Of a stretch of DNA of 64,000 nucleotides, positions 9,048 to 17,595 are shown piece after piece. Each line of letters starts with the position of its first letter. The stretch's first letter is position 1. A program made the position numbers and the translations under genes. Origin of the DNA: Acidimicrobiia bacterium. GTDB taxonomy: Bacteria; Actinomycetota; Acidimicrobiia; Spongiisociales; ZC4RG35. The notes under the pieces are model-generated. The model saw only the letters and a program-made list of their open reading frames with translations, was not told the origin of the DNA and made no database searches. The DNA lies in NCBI GenBank assembly GCA_965204615.1, contig OZ242000.1, positions 1,473,803 to 1,537,802 of the forward strand. The letters are read 5' to 3'.

Positions 9048-9872
9048 CTAAAGGGTTTCCACATCCAGGGGAACGGGCCGGGACTCTGATCCGTTGTCTG
9101 AGCGGAGCGGTATCACCACCACGCCGAACTCGGGGCCGGTGAGCACCCGGACCGAGGCGCCATAGTGGTCACGCAGGGAGCGTTCGGTGATCACCGCCCG
9201 CGGCGGCCCTTCCAGAATGGCCTTGCCCCCCGCCATCATCACCAGTCGGTCGCAGAACTGAGCGGCCAGAGTCAGGTCGTGCAGGGCGCTGATAACCGTC
9301 AGGCCCTGCTCCCGACGCAGCCGATCAACCATCTCCATCATCTGCTGGCCGTGGCCGACGTCAAGCGAGGACGTGGGCTCGTCCAGGATGAGCAGAGGGG
9401 CTGACTGGGTCAGAGCGCGAGCGAGGACCGCTCGCTGCAGTTCGCCACCCGACAACTCGTCCAGGCGGCGGGTCGAGAGCTTCTCCAGGCCCAGGTCCTT
9501 GACTGCTTCCCGGGCGATCTCGAGGTCATTACCGGTCTCGCGACTCAGCCAGCCCATGTGGGCAGTGCGGCCCAGCAACACGTAGTCGGCCACCGCCATC
9601 CCCCACGGAACCACCGGATGCTGGGGCACCACCGCCATCAACCTGGCCCGCCGGCGGGGGCCCAATGGCGCCAGGTTCCTGGCGCGGTAGACAATCTCGC
9701 CCGCCTCGATGGCGACCGCCCCGGTGATGGCCCGTAACAACGTGGTCTTACCCGCCCCGTTGGGGCCGATCAAACCCAGCCACTCCCCTCCTTCCACTCC
9801 CAGGGTCACCTGATCAACCACCCGTGTTTCTCCCAGAACCACGGAGACACCGGTCACCTGCAGGCCGGTCAC
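9048..9872 (-). CDS. ABC transporter ATP-binding protein (FecE/BtuD type, iron-siderophore/cobalamin family)
   Basis: Walker A GPNGAGKTT, signature LSGGELQR and Walker B LLILDEPTS are present. A probable GTG start at 9872 overlaps the permease stop by 4 nt. The N-terminal extension in the ORF track was rejected. Confidence 0.8.
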   Translation of the reverse strand: MTGLQVTGVSVVLGETRVVDQVTLGVEGGEWLGLIGPNGAGKTTLLRAITGAVAIEAGEIVYRARNLAPLGPRRRARLMAVVPQHPVVPWGMAVADYVLLGRTAHMGWLSRETGNDLEIAREAVKDLGLEKLSTRRLDELSGGELQRAVLARALTQSAPLLILDEPTSSLDVGHGQQMMEMVDRLRREQGLTVISALHDLTLAAQFCDRLVMMAGGKAILEGPPRAVITERSLRDHYGASVRVLTGPEFGVVVIPLRSDNGSESRPVPLDVETL

Positions 9873-10924
9873 TCCAGGTCTCCGGACGTGCGCAGCACCA
9901 TCAGAAAGAAGGGACCACCGAGAAAGGCGGTCACCACCCCGATCGGCAATTCGGCAGGGGACACGATCGTGCGCGCCACCAGGTCGGCTGCGGTGAGAAA
10001 CGCTCCCCCCACCAGTAGCGAAAGCGGAATGATGACCCGGTAGCTCCATCCGGCCAGAAGCCGGACGGTGTGAGGAACGATGATCCCCACAAAGGCGATC
10101 AACCCGCTGGCCGAGACTGCGGCCGCCGCACCCAGCGTGGCCGCGCCGACCACTATCAACCTGACCGTGCGGGGAGACAAGCCCAATGTGGCCGCCTCAT
10201 CGTCTCCCACGGCCATGACATCGAGCGCTCGCCGAAACGCCAGCATGACCACCCAACTGACCACCATGTAGGGCAGCACGGCGTACAGGTCACCCCATCC
10301 CACCGTGACGAGACGGCCGAGTATCCAGCTGTAAACCTCCCGGAGGGTGGTCACGTTGGTCAGCTGAAGGAAGGTCTGAACCGCGGTCAGGAAGGAGGCC
10401 ACCGCCACTCCGGCCAGCACCAGGGTCGTGGCGCTCCTCTGGTGCCTTCCGCGGGTCCGGGACAGCCCGTAGGAGAGGGCCACCCCCACCACTGCACCCA
10501 CGAAAGCCAACGGAGCCAGGGGTATCGAGGGGAATCCCCGGGACCGGAGGAGGATCGCCAGGGTGGCGCCCAACCCGGCGCCCGCCGCCACGCCGAGCAG
10601 ATAGGGATCGGCCAAGGGGTTGCGGAACACTCCCTGATAGGCGGCTCCCGCCGCAGCCAGTGTGGCGCCCACCGCGGCACCCATCATCGTCCGGGGCATC
10701 CGGATCTCCCACAGGATGGTCAACTCCCGGGCCGAGAGGGAAGTCTCCACCTCCAGAAAAGGCAGTCGATCCAGCAAGGCGGTGAACACCCCGCCCGCGT
10801 CCAGCCCGGCAGGGCCCACCAGGAGAGCGACACCCAGAGTCACCATCCCCAGGGCCGCTCCCAACGCCAGCCTCCCCATCCCTACCCGGGAGGGGTGGAC
10901 CGCCGGTGGGGATGGGATCAACAC
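9869..10924 (-). CDS. ABC transporter permease, FecCD/BtuC family
   Basis: A multi-TM product with a FecCD-type conserved region, flanked by its cognate ATPase and SBP. Confidence 0.85.
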   Translation of the reverse strand: MLIPSPPAVHPSRVGMGRLALGAALGMVTLGVALLVGPAGLDAGGVFTALLDRLPFLEVETSLSARELTILWEIRMPRTMMGAAVGATLAAAGAAYQGVFRNPLADPYLLGVAAGAGLGATLAILLRSRGFPSIPLAPLAFVGAVVGVALSYGLSRTRGRHQRSATTLVLAGVAVASFLTAVQTFLQLTNVTTLREVYSWILGRLVTVGWGDLYAVLPYMVVSWVVMLAFRRALDVMAVGDDEAATLGLSPRTVRLIVVGAATLGAAAAVSASGLIAFVGIIVPHTVRLLAGWSYRVIIPLSLLVGGAFLTAADLVARTIVSPAELPIGVVTAFLGGPFFLMVLRTSGDLE

Positions 10925-10925
10925 G

Positions 10926-11990
10926 TTAGCCCTTGGCGGCCAACCCGGCTACCGCGGCGGCGGCCACATCCAACAACTCCACTATCCGGGGACCCCAGCG
11001 GGAAGCCACGTCGTCATTAAGTTCGATGACCGTCTCGTTCAAGACCGCGCTCAACACCGACCACCCCGGACGCTCAGCCACCGTCTGGGGGTTCTGGCCA
11101 CAGCACAGGGTGTCGGCCAGGAAGATGAGATCGGGATCCACCTCGATGATGTATTCCGAAGACAGCTGCGGATACCCGAAGCCCTGTTCATCGGCAGGGT
11201 CGGCTATGTTCTCCAGACCCAGCAAAGCGAAGAGCTGTCCCACGAAGGTGGAGGAGGTGACCGAGTACAGGTTCTGATCCAGCTCGTAGTAATAGGTGAA
11301 AGAGGTATCCGGGCTGGCGGCGGCTATCTGAGAGATTCGCTGCTGCATCGACGAAATGAGATCTGCCGCCTGCATGGCGTGACCGGTGGCCACACCCAGT
11401 TGCTCGATCTGGTGCCACACGTCGTCCAGGGACCCGGGGGCCCATTGCATCATCGACGGCGTTCCCAGCGCCTCGAGTGACAATGTGAGGTCGCCGGGAT
11501 CGTAGAATGCGATCACCAGATCTGGGTCGAAGGCGGCAATCGCCTCCACATTGGGAGTGAAGGCGGACAGATCCGTGACAGGCGCCCCCGGTGGAAAGTA
11601 GGAGAAACTGTCCACTGCCACCACCTGCGGACCGGCGCCGATGGCGAACAGGATCTCGGTGGTGGTCGCCGACAACGAGACGATCCGTTCCGGACGGGCG
11701 GGGATGGTCACCGTTCCCAGTGAATCCTGCACCTCGACCGGGAAGGCAGGTGGTTCCGTGGTGGTGGTGGGCGCCCGGGTAGTAGTGGTCGGGGCAGCCG
11801 TAGTAGCAGGGGCAACCGTAGTAGCAGGGGCAACCGTAGTAGCAGGGGCAGCCGTAGTGGGGGTGGTAGCAGTGGTCGGGCTGGTATCGGCTGTGGAAGA
11901 GTCCTGTCCTCCGCAGGCCCCCAGGACCAGAGCCGACAGTGCCAGAATGGCCAGCCATTTTCCACCCGTGCGCCGGGTGTTCGCATACAT
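10926..11990 (-). CDS. ABC substrate-binding lipoprotein (BtuF/FecB class) with a Thr/Pro/Ala-rich linker
   Basis: Lipoprotein signal LALSALVLGACGG, a TTATTPTTAAPATTVAPATT linker, then a class III SBP fold. An SD AAGGAGGAUG lies upstream and it sits immediately downstream of the cobalamin riboswitch. Confidence 0.8.
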   Translation of the reverse strand: MYANTRRTGGKWLAILALSALVLGACGGQDSSTADTSPTTATTPTTAAPATTVAPATTVAPATTAAPTTTTRAPTTTTEPPAFPVEVQDSLGTVTIPARPERIVSLSATTTEILFAIGAGPQVVAVDSFSYFPPGAPVTDLSAFTPNVEAIAAFDPDLVIAFYDPGDLTLSLEALGTPSMMQWAPGSLDDVWHQIEQLGVATGHAMQAADLISSMQQRISQIAAASPDTSFTYYYELDQNLYSVTSSTFVGQLFALLGLENIADPADEQGFGYPQLSSEYIIEVDPDLIFLADTLCCGQNPQTVAERPGWSVLSAVLNETVIELNDDVASRWGPRIVELLDVAAAAVAGLAAKG

Positions 11991-12240
11991 AAAACATCCT
12001 CCTTTGCGAGGAGGATGAAGGGGAGAGAGTCAGACGGGGTATCCCGCCGACGAACTACGCCTTCATCCGAGGTTCATCCGTCATCCCGGGACCAGGCGTC
12101 CTGGCTCGTCCCTTCCTCGAAGGGCTTGACAGTTGCGGGACAGCGCCGGGCTTCAACCGGACTTCGCTGCATCCCTGGGAAAGATCGCCTTTGTCGACCG
12201 GCGATCGCTGACAACTATACCACCGCGGCTTTCCCGGATG
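11991..12240 (-). promoter_or_regulatory. Cobalamin (B12) riboswitch with an SD-sequestering expression platform
   Basis: The minus-strand RNA reads ..GAAGUCCGGUUGAAGCCCGGCGCUGUCCCGCAACUGUCAAGCCC..GAGCCAGGACGCCUGGUC... This matches the aptamer core GCUGCCCCCGCAACUGUAAGC and the B12 box rAGYCMGgAgaCCkGCc. Downstream, a perfect hairpin CAUCCUCCU-CGCAA-AGGAGGAUG encloses the SD and start codon, and an upstream GGAUGAAGG can pair alternatively with CCUUCAUCC. Confidence 0.65.
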
Positions 12241-12300
12241 GAACGGTGCGGTCCGTCCGGGAAACCATCCCTTCCCGAATGGCTCCCGGTTTTGCCCTCC

Positions 12301-13953
12301 TCAGGGAGTTTCGTCCTCTCCCTGCTCTTCCTCCGGCGCCGACGGATCCTCATCCTCGAGGTCTCCCATGACCTCGCTTCGGGGCAGAAGGGTGGCGATC
12401 AGCGATATCTCCTCCTCTCCCCGGAGGATGTTCAGGACCAGGCGATCGCCCGGCACGCGATGGCGGATACGCGCCGCCAAGTCGCTGATCCCCGTCACGG
12501 GACGGTCATCCACCGCCACGATCACATCCCCAATCATCACACCTGCCGACTCTGCACCGGAACCGGGAAAGACCTCCATGATCTCCACTCCCGCATCTCC
12601 CAGGGAGTCCCGCCCGCTGACTCCCAGGAAGGTGGTATGGACAGGCTCTCCCGCTATCAGAGCCTTCGCCACCCGGTACGCCACATCCATGGGGACTGCG
12701 AAACCCACTCCCTGGAATTCCACCGTCTCCAACGTGGTGGAGTCGGTGAAGATCGAGACGTTTATCCCGATCAGCCGGCCGTACCGATCCGCCAGTGCGC
12801 CACCCGAGTTGCCCGGATACAGCACTGCGTCACTCTGAACCAGGAGCTTCCCGTCAACAATCCGATCGGTGGCGCTGATCACTCCGGACGTGACCGACGA
12901 TTCCAAACCCCAGGGACTGCCCACCGCCACCACCAGTTGGCCTACCCGGGGCGGCTCGAAAGCGAGCTCCGCGGCAACCAGCCCGGAGCGGTCCACCCTC
13001 ACAACCGCTACATCGCTGTCGGGATCGGCCCCTACCACCTCGCCGGGCAGGCGGTCTCCGTTGGACAGCCGGACAGTCAAATCCGCCTCTCCGGCCACAA
13101 CGGTTTCCACCACATGGGCGGCGGTGAAGATGTATCCCCGGCTGTTGAAGATCACCCCGCTGCCGGCGCCCTGCTCGAAGATGTTTTCGCTGGTGATCTC
13201 CAGGTGGACAACCGACGGCACCAGCCGGTCGGCAACATCCGCCACCGGCTCGTCGGTAATCACCAGATCCGGTGGTGTCACCACCTCCGGGACAGGTTGA
13301 GCTTCCACCGCGGTGGTGGGCGGCGCGGTAGTGGCTGGAGGCGCGGTAGTCGTGGGGACCGCAGTGGTGGTGGGAACCGTCTCGGGGGTGGTTGCCACCG
13401 TTACCTGTTCGGAGACCGGGTCCTCTGCCACCGGAGCGGGAAAGAACAGACCGGCTGCGAACCCCGCCAGCAACAGGGCGGTTCCAGCCGCAGCCATCAT
13501 CTTCCATCCCATGCCCCGGAGGACGCTCCCCCTGGGGGAAGGGATGGACCGCTCGGATGACATGGATTCGACAATGCCGCCTTGACTCTCGACCCCGGAC
13601 GGGTCTGGTGGGAGATCGCGGTCCGCCAGGCCCTCGGTGGACACACCCTCCCGCTCCGGATCCTCCCGCTGTTCTGCCTGCTCAACCTCCTCCGGCCGCT
13701 CCGGCTGCTCAACCCCTTCCGGCTGCTCCGGCTGCTCAACCCCCTCTGGCTGCTCCGGCTGCTCAACCTCCTCCGGCTGCTCCGGCTGCTCAACCTCCTC
13801 CGGCTGCTCGGGCTGTTCTGGCTGCTCGACGTCCTCGTGAGCCAAAGGCACGCCTCCATCCGAGTCGCCATGAGGTGTTGCGGCATGATCTTTCCCCGGT
13901 CCACAGGACGCTTCCTGGGTGGAGGGCTCGGGTGGCAGGTTTTCCGTCATCAC
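12301..13953 (-). CDS. HtrA/DegP-family trypsin-like serine protease with a C-terminal PDZ domain (PepD-like) and an acidic N-terminal repeat region
   Basis: Catalytic triad context: TAAHVV (His), GDSDVAVV (Asp), GNSGGAL (Ser). A C-terminal PDZ domain (GVMIGDVIVAVDDRPV), a single TM, a TTAVPTTTAPPATTAPPTT linker, and N-terminal (EQPEQPEEV)n repeats complete the architecture. Confidence 0.85.
   Translation of the reverse strand: MMTENLPPEPSTQEASCGPGKDHAATPHGDSDGGVPLAHEDVEQPEQPEQPEEVEQPEQPEEVEQPEQPEGVEQPEQPEGVEQPERPEEVEQAEQREDPEREGVSTEGLADRDLPPDPSGVESQGGIVESMSSERSIPSPRGSVLRGMGWKMMAAAGTALLLAGFAAGLFFPAPVAEDPVSEQVTVATTPETVPTTTAVPTTTAPPATTAPPTTAVEAQPVPEVVTPPDLVITDEPVADVADRLVPSVVHLEITSENIFEQGAGSGVIFNSRGYIFTAAHVVETVVAGEADLTVRLSNGDRLPGEVVGADPDSDVAVVRVDRSGLVAAELAFEPPRVGQLVVAVGSPWGLESSVTSGVISATDRIVDGKLLVQSDAVLYPGNSGGALADRYGRLIGINVSIFTDSTTLETVEFQGVGFAVPMDVAYRVAKALIAGEPVHTTFLGVSGRDSLGDAGVEIMEVFPGSGAESAGVMIGDVIVAVDDRPVTGISDLAARIRHRVPGDRLVLNILRGEEEISLIATLLPRSEVMGDLEDEDPSAPEEEQGEDETP
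13676..13842. repeat. About 6 tandem copies of a 27-nt unit (ccggctgctccggctgctcaacctcct) encoding (EEVEQPEQP)n in the HtrA N-terminus
   Basis: Near-identical 27-nt tandem units were read directly in the sequence. Confidence 0.7.
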
Positions 13954-14009
13954 AGGTTTGTTATAACCGATTTTATGGTAAAGCCGTCATAAAGGCGCCC
14001 ACGCCCCAC

Positions 14010-15179
14010 TCAATCGTGGGGATTGACGTCGGGCGGGACAGCACCCGCCACGACCTCGCGGGAAGGAATCCACACCACCATCACCGTCCCCCCTTCCTGC
14101 CTGTCCAGGGAAGCCAGCGAGCCTCCGTGCAACTCCGCCAGGTGCCGGCCAATGGCCAGCCCGAGCCCGCCTCCCGCAGGGGCATCGCCGGACAGCAGCG
14201 CCGGATCAAGACCCGGACCCCGATCCGCCACCGTCATCCACGCCCATCCGTCCCTCTCACCACAGGCGAGCTCGAGAAGGCTGCCCGGAGGGGAGGCCGC
14301 GATGGCGTTGTCGAGAAGGTTCTCCAGGATTCGGACCAGGGCAAGCCCGTCTCCGGACACGGGCGTGGGACGGGTGTCCACCACCACCCGCATGTCCCTC
14401 TCCTCGGCCAGGGGCTCCGTCGCCTGAGCGGTGGAGACCAGAAGATCGGCCAGATCCACCTCTGAGATCTTGGCGAAACCGACTTCCAACCGGGCCGCCT
14501 CGAGCAGGCGGTCAATCATCTCCGACATCCTTCGAGCGGCGCGGGAGACCACTACTCCCGTCTCCCGCCAGTCGTCCACGGTGGAATCAGGGTCGGCCAG
14601 GCTCACCTCCAGATTGGACCGGATCACCGCCAGGGGATTGCGAAGATCATGGGAGGTGGAGGCCAGGAATTGCTGTTGCAGTCGAAACGAACCGCTCAGC
14701 CTGTCAAGCATGGCGTCGAAGGTGCCGGCCAAACGGGTTAGTTCGTCGTCGGGTCCCGAGAGGTTGATCCGCCGGGTCAGATCCTGCGCCTGAATGTTCT
14801 CGGCCACTTCTCTGATCTTGTTGATGGGACGCAGGGTGCGGCCGGCAAGAAACCAACCCATCAGCAGGCTGAGCAGGAACATCCAGAACAACCCCCACAG
14901 AATGGGGCCGGTGATGTCCTCGAGGATCCGCTCCCGGAGTACGGTCTCCACCGTCTGGAACTGCCTCATCTCCAACTGGGGGATTATGAAGCGCACTCCT
15001 CCCCTGATGACCGTCTCCCCCGGTCTCAGCACCAGGCCCATCACTCGCTCGTGTCGGAGGCCATGACGGATGACGAAGAAGATGGTTGTCACCGCGGCTG
15101 CACCCAGCGCGAACACCACCACCGAGGAGAGCACCGAGAGACGGAAACGGATGGAGTGGAGTACCGAAGGGAGCTTCAT
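14010..15179 (-). CDS. Two-component sensor histidine kinase (HAMP-HisKA-HATPase; MprB-like)
   Basis: Two N-terminal TMs, a HisKA H-box STSHDLRNPLA, and N/G1/G2 boxes (DRGPGL, GGLGLAI) are present. The ATG at 15179 overlaps the response-regulator stop (ATGA). Confidence 0.85.
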   Translation of the reverse strand: MKLPSVLHSIRFRLSVLSSVVVFALGAAAVTTIFFVIRHGLRHERVMGLVLRPGETVIRGGVRFIIPQLEMRQFQTVETVLRERILEDITGPILWGLFWMFLLSLLMGWFLAGRTLRPINKIREVAENIQAQDLTRRINLSGPDDELTRLAGTFDAMLDRLSGSFRLQQQFLASTSHDLRNPLAVIRSNLEVSLADPDSTVDDWRETGVVVSRAARRMSEMIDRLLEAARLEVGFAKISEVDLADLLVSTAQATEPLAEERDMRVVVDTRPTPVSGDGLALVRILENLLDNAIAASPPGSLLELACGERDGWAWMTVADRGPGLDPALLSGDAPAGGGLGLAIGRHLAELHGGSLASLDRQEGGTVMVVWIPSREVVAGAVPPDVNPHD

Positions 15180-15874
15180 AGGGTCCTCATGGGGACATCT
15201 TCTTCCAACAGCACGTACCCCCTTCCCGGCACGGTGTTGATTTTTGCCGGCTCCCCCAGCTTCTTGCGCAGGTTGGAGAGGGTCATCCGCACGGTGTTGG
15301 TGAAGGGATCGGCGGCCTCGTCCCACACGTGTTCCAGGAGCGTCTCCTGGGAGAGCACCTGACCTGCCCGGATCATCAGGTATTCCAGCAGCGAGAATTC
15401 CTTGGCCGTCAGCCGGAGGGGCCGGCCGCTGCGGGTAGCCTCGAAGCGGGCGGTGTCCAGTCGCAGATCCCCCACCTCCAGGATGGGACTCGTGTCCTCT
15501 TCTCGACGCAGGACCGCGCGGACCCTGGCTTGGAGTTCCGCGAAAGCGAACGGCTTCACCAGGTAGTCATCCGCCCCCGCGTCAAGACCTTCCACCCGGT
15601 CCTCCACTGCGTCGCGCGCGGTGAGCATCAACACTCGGGGAGCCCGTCTCTCGAAGGTGTCGAGCGACCCGTCCACCAGGCTCCGGCAGAGATCCACCCC
15701 CCTGCCATCCGGCATGTTCCAATCGAGGATCACCAGGTCGTAGCCGGCAGAGACCAGTCGCAGAGATGCCTCTTCCAGGGTGTAAGCCACATCCACCGCG
15801 TAACGGTTGCGCCGCAGCCCCCTGGCGATGGCATTGGCCAGATCGGCTTCGTCCTCCACGACCAGCAGTCTCAT
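15176..15874 (-). CDS. OmpR-family response regulator (MprA-like)
   Basis: Receiver domain MRLLVVEDE...DLVILDWNMPDG...DDYLVKPF plus a winged-helix trans_reg_C (TVPGRGYVL). ATG at 15874. Confidence 0.85.
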   Translation of the reverse strand: MRLLVVEDEADLANAIARGLRRNRYAVDVAYTLEEASLRLVSAGYDLVILDWNMPDGRGVDLCRSLVDGSLDTFERRAPRVLMLTARDAVEDRVEGLDAGADDYLVKPFAFAELQARVRAVLRREEDTSPILEVGDLRLDTARFEATRSGRPLRLTAKEFSLLEYLMIRAGQVLSQETLLEHVWDEAADPFTNTVRMTLSNLRKKLGEPAKINTVPGRGYVLLEEDVPMRTL

Positions 15875-15954
15875 AGTGGTGAAAATTACCCTTGCTGCGG
15901 AGAAATGCGATATGCCCGGGATTCGGCCCCGGCCCGGCGGGTAGCATCCTGGCC

Positions 15955-17121
15955 ATGTCAAGATTCCGAGGCGCCGCCGACCGGTCCCGCATCCGATCCC
16001 TCTTGGAGCAATTCGTCAGCATCCATTCGGTGAACCCCGCCCTGGACGGAGGACCGGGCGAGGCGGAGTTGTCCACTGCCCTCTTTGACTATCTGGAGGC
16101 GGCCGGGATGAATCCTCGTCGTCAGCCGGTCGCTCCCGGCGGGCGGGACAACATACTGGCCGAACTGGAGGGATCCCCCGGAGGGCCTCTGCTGATGTGG
16201 GAAGCCCATCTCGACACAGTGACACCCTCGGGTAAGGCCTGGCCTGAGGCGGTCGTGGAGGGAACGCGGGTGCATGGACGGGGAGCCTGTGACACCAAGG
16301 GTTCGCTGGTGGCGATGGTGGAGGCGTTGCACATGGTGGCAGACCTGGATCCCCGGGAAAGAACACCGATTCTCTTGGTGGGGGCGATAGATGAGGAGGT
16401 CTCCGGCGGCGGGGCGACTGCCCTCTGTGAGGCGAACCTCGGAATCGACATGGCGATCGTGGGGGAACCCACCGGGCTGGAGTTGGCCACCGCCCACAAG
16501 GGTGTCCTCCGTTTCGACATCGAGACGGTGGGATCCCCCTCCCACTCCTCCAAGCCGCATCTCGGTGTGAACGCTATCCATCACATGTCACGGGTGCTGG
16601 ACGCCCTGGAGAACAGGTACATCCCAACCCTCTCCGAGATCACCCATCCCCTGGTCGGCAACCCCACCATCTGCACCTCCCTGATCAGGGGAGGCACCGC
16701 CCTCAACATTGTCCCTGCCCAGTGCGTGATCAGCCTCGACCGCCGGGTTAACCCCGGCGAGAACTCCCAGGAGATACTGGAGGACATCGACGCATTGCTC
16801 GAGAGCCTCGCCGAGAGCGGGATCGAAGCGCGCCGCGGCGATACGCCTCTCGACATGGGGCCCTTGGACACCCCGGTGGATCATCCGCTTGTGAAGGTCC
16901 TCCGGACCGCTCGCAAATCGATCCTCGGCTCGCCGGGGGAACCGATCGGCGTTCCCTACGGAACCGACGCCAGTTGGTACGCGCCGGCCGGGATTCCCTG
17001 TGTCATCTTCGGTCCCGGCTCCATCGATCAGGCCCACTCCGACGAGGAGTGGGTGGAGATCGAGGACACCGCCCTGGCCGCCGAGATCATCGCCGAGACA
17101 GCGGTCTTGATGGCGGGGTAA
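15955..17121 (+). CDS. M20-family metallopeptidase (ArgE/DapE/succinyl-DAP desuccinylase-like)
   Basis: It carries the metal-binding residues (HLDTV, D in GACDTKG, the EE pair in IDEEVSGGG, C-terminal H) and the M20 dimerisation insert. ATG at 15955, divergent from the response regulator. Confidence 0.75.
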   Translation: MSRFRGAADRSRIRSLLEQFVSIHSVNPALDGGPGEAELSTALFDYLEAAGMNPRRQPVAPGGRDNILAELEGSPGGPLLMWEAHLDTVTPSGKAWPEAVVEGTRVHGRGACDTKGSLVAMVEALHMVADLDPRERTPILLVGAIDEEVSGGGATALCEANLGIDMAIVGEPTGLELATAHKGVLRFDIETVGSPSHSSKPHLGVNAIHHMSRVLDALENRYIPTLSEITHPLVGNPTICTSLIRGGTALNIVPAQCVISLDRRVNPGENSQEILEDIDALLESLAESGIEARRGDTPLDMGPLDTPVDHPLVKVLRTARKSILGSPGEPIGVPYGTDASWYAPAGIPCVIFGPGSIDQAHSDEEWVEIEDTALAAEIIAETAVLMAG

Positions 17122-17149
17122 CCTAGCGAACCTGGTCCGGGGTGGGGAA

Positions 17150-17595
17150 AACGCCGCTCACCGGCCCACACTGGTGCTTGTTCTGTGTTTTTTTGGTTGG
17201 TTTGGTGCTCCTATTTTGATGCTTCTATGATTTCCAAATCGAGTTTGGTGGGGTGGTTTGAATCGCCCCGGGTTTTCCGGAGACTTAGGAGTGCCCCACT
17301 TTTGTGGAGTCGAGATATTTGAATTAGTTGAATCGCACCGGGTTTCATAGAGAGTCAGGTGTGCCGGTGGAGGGGTGGAGACTTGTCCTTGCGTGTCGTC
17401 CGTCACCGGCCCGTCATATCCCGGGGGGTAGTGACCGTGTCGGGAGGCAGGGGTACTCCTCGACCGTCCGGTGGTGTGACCGCCGCAGAAATGTGCCGCG
17501 CAGCCCGCGAACCTGATGCCAATCCGGTGGGCCGGGGGCTGTGTGGTACGGTCGGGCGTCGATACCATTGGGCGTAGCATGTTCCCTGGACATTT
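17150..17595. other. AT-richer 446-nt intergenic region with an imperfect ~40-nt direct repeat, giving candidate promoter/leader/sRNA space upstream of the TGA-containing thioredoxin genes
   Basis: The repeats GTTTGAATCGCCCCGGGTTTTCCGGAGACTTAGGAGTGCCCC and GTTGAATCGCACCGGGTTTCATAGAGAGTCAGGTGTGCCGG share about 75% identity. No credible ORF lies here, and no tRNA, tmRNA or RNase P motifs were found. Confidence 0.35.

Noticed and set aside
12133-13560. A 475-aa plus-strand ORF
   Set aside because: It is antisense to the HtrA/PepD-like protease gene. Its composition is Arg/Gly/His-rich and no motifs were seen.
17150-17595. Possible tRNA-Sec, tmRNA, RNase P RNA or SRP RNA in the AT-rich intergenic region next to the TGA-containing thioredoxin genes
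   Set aside because: None of the conserved motifs (tRNA T-loop/anticodon TCA context, tmRNA tag reading frame and 3' CCA arm, RNase P GGAAAGUCCGG, SRP GGAAGCAGCC) could be found by eye. The region is left as an unexplained structured leader.
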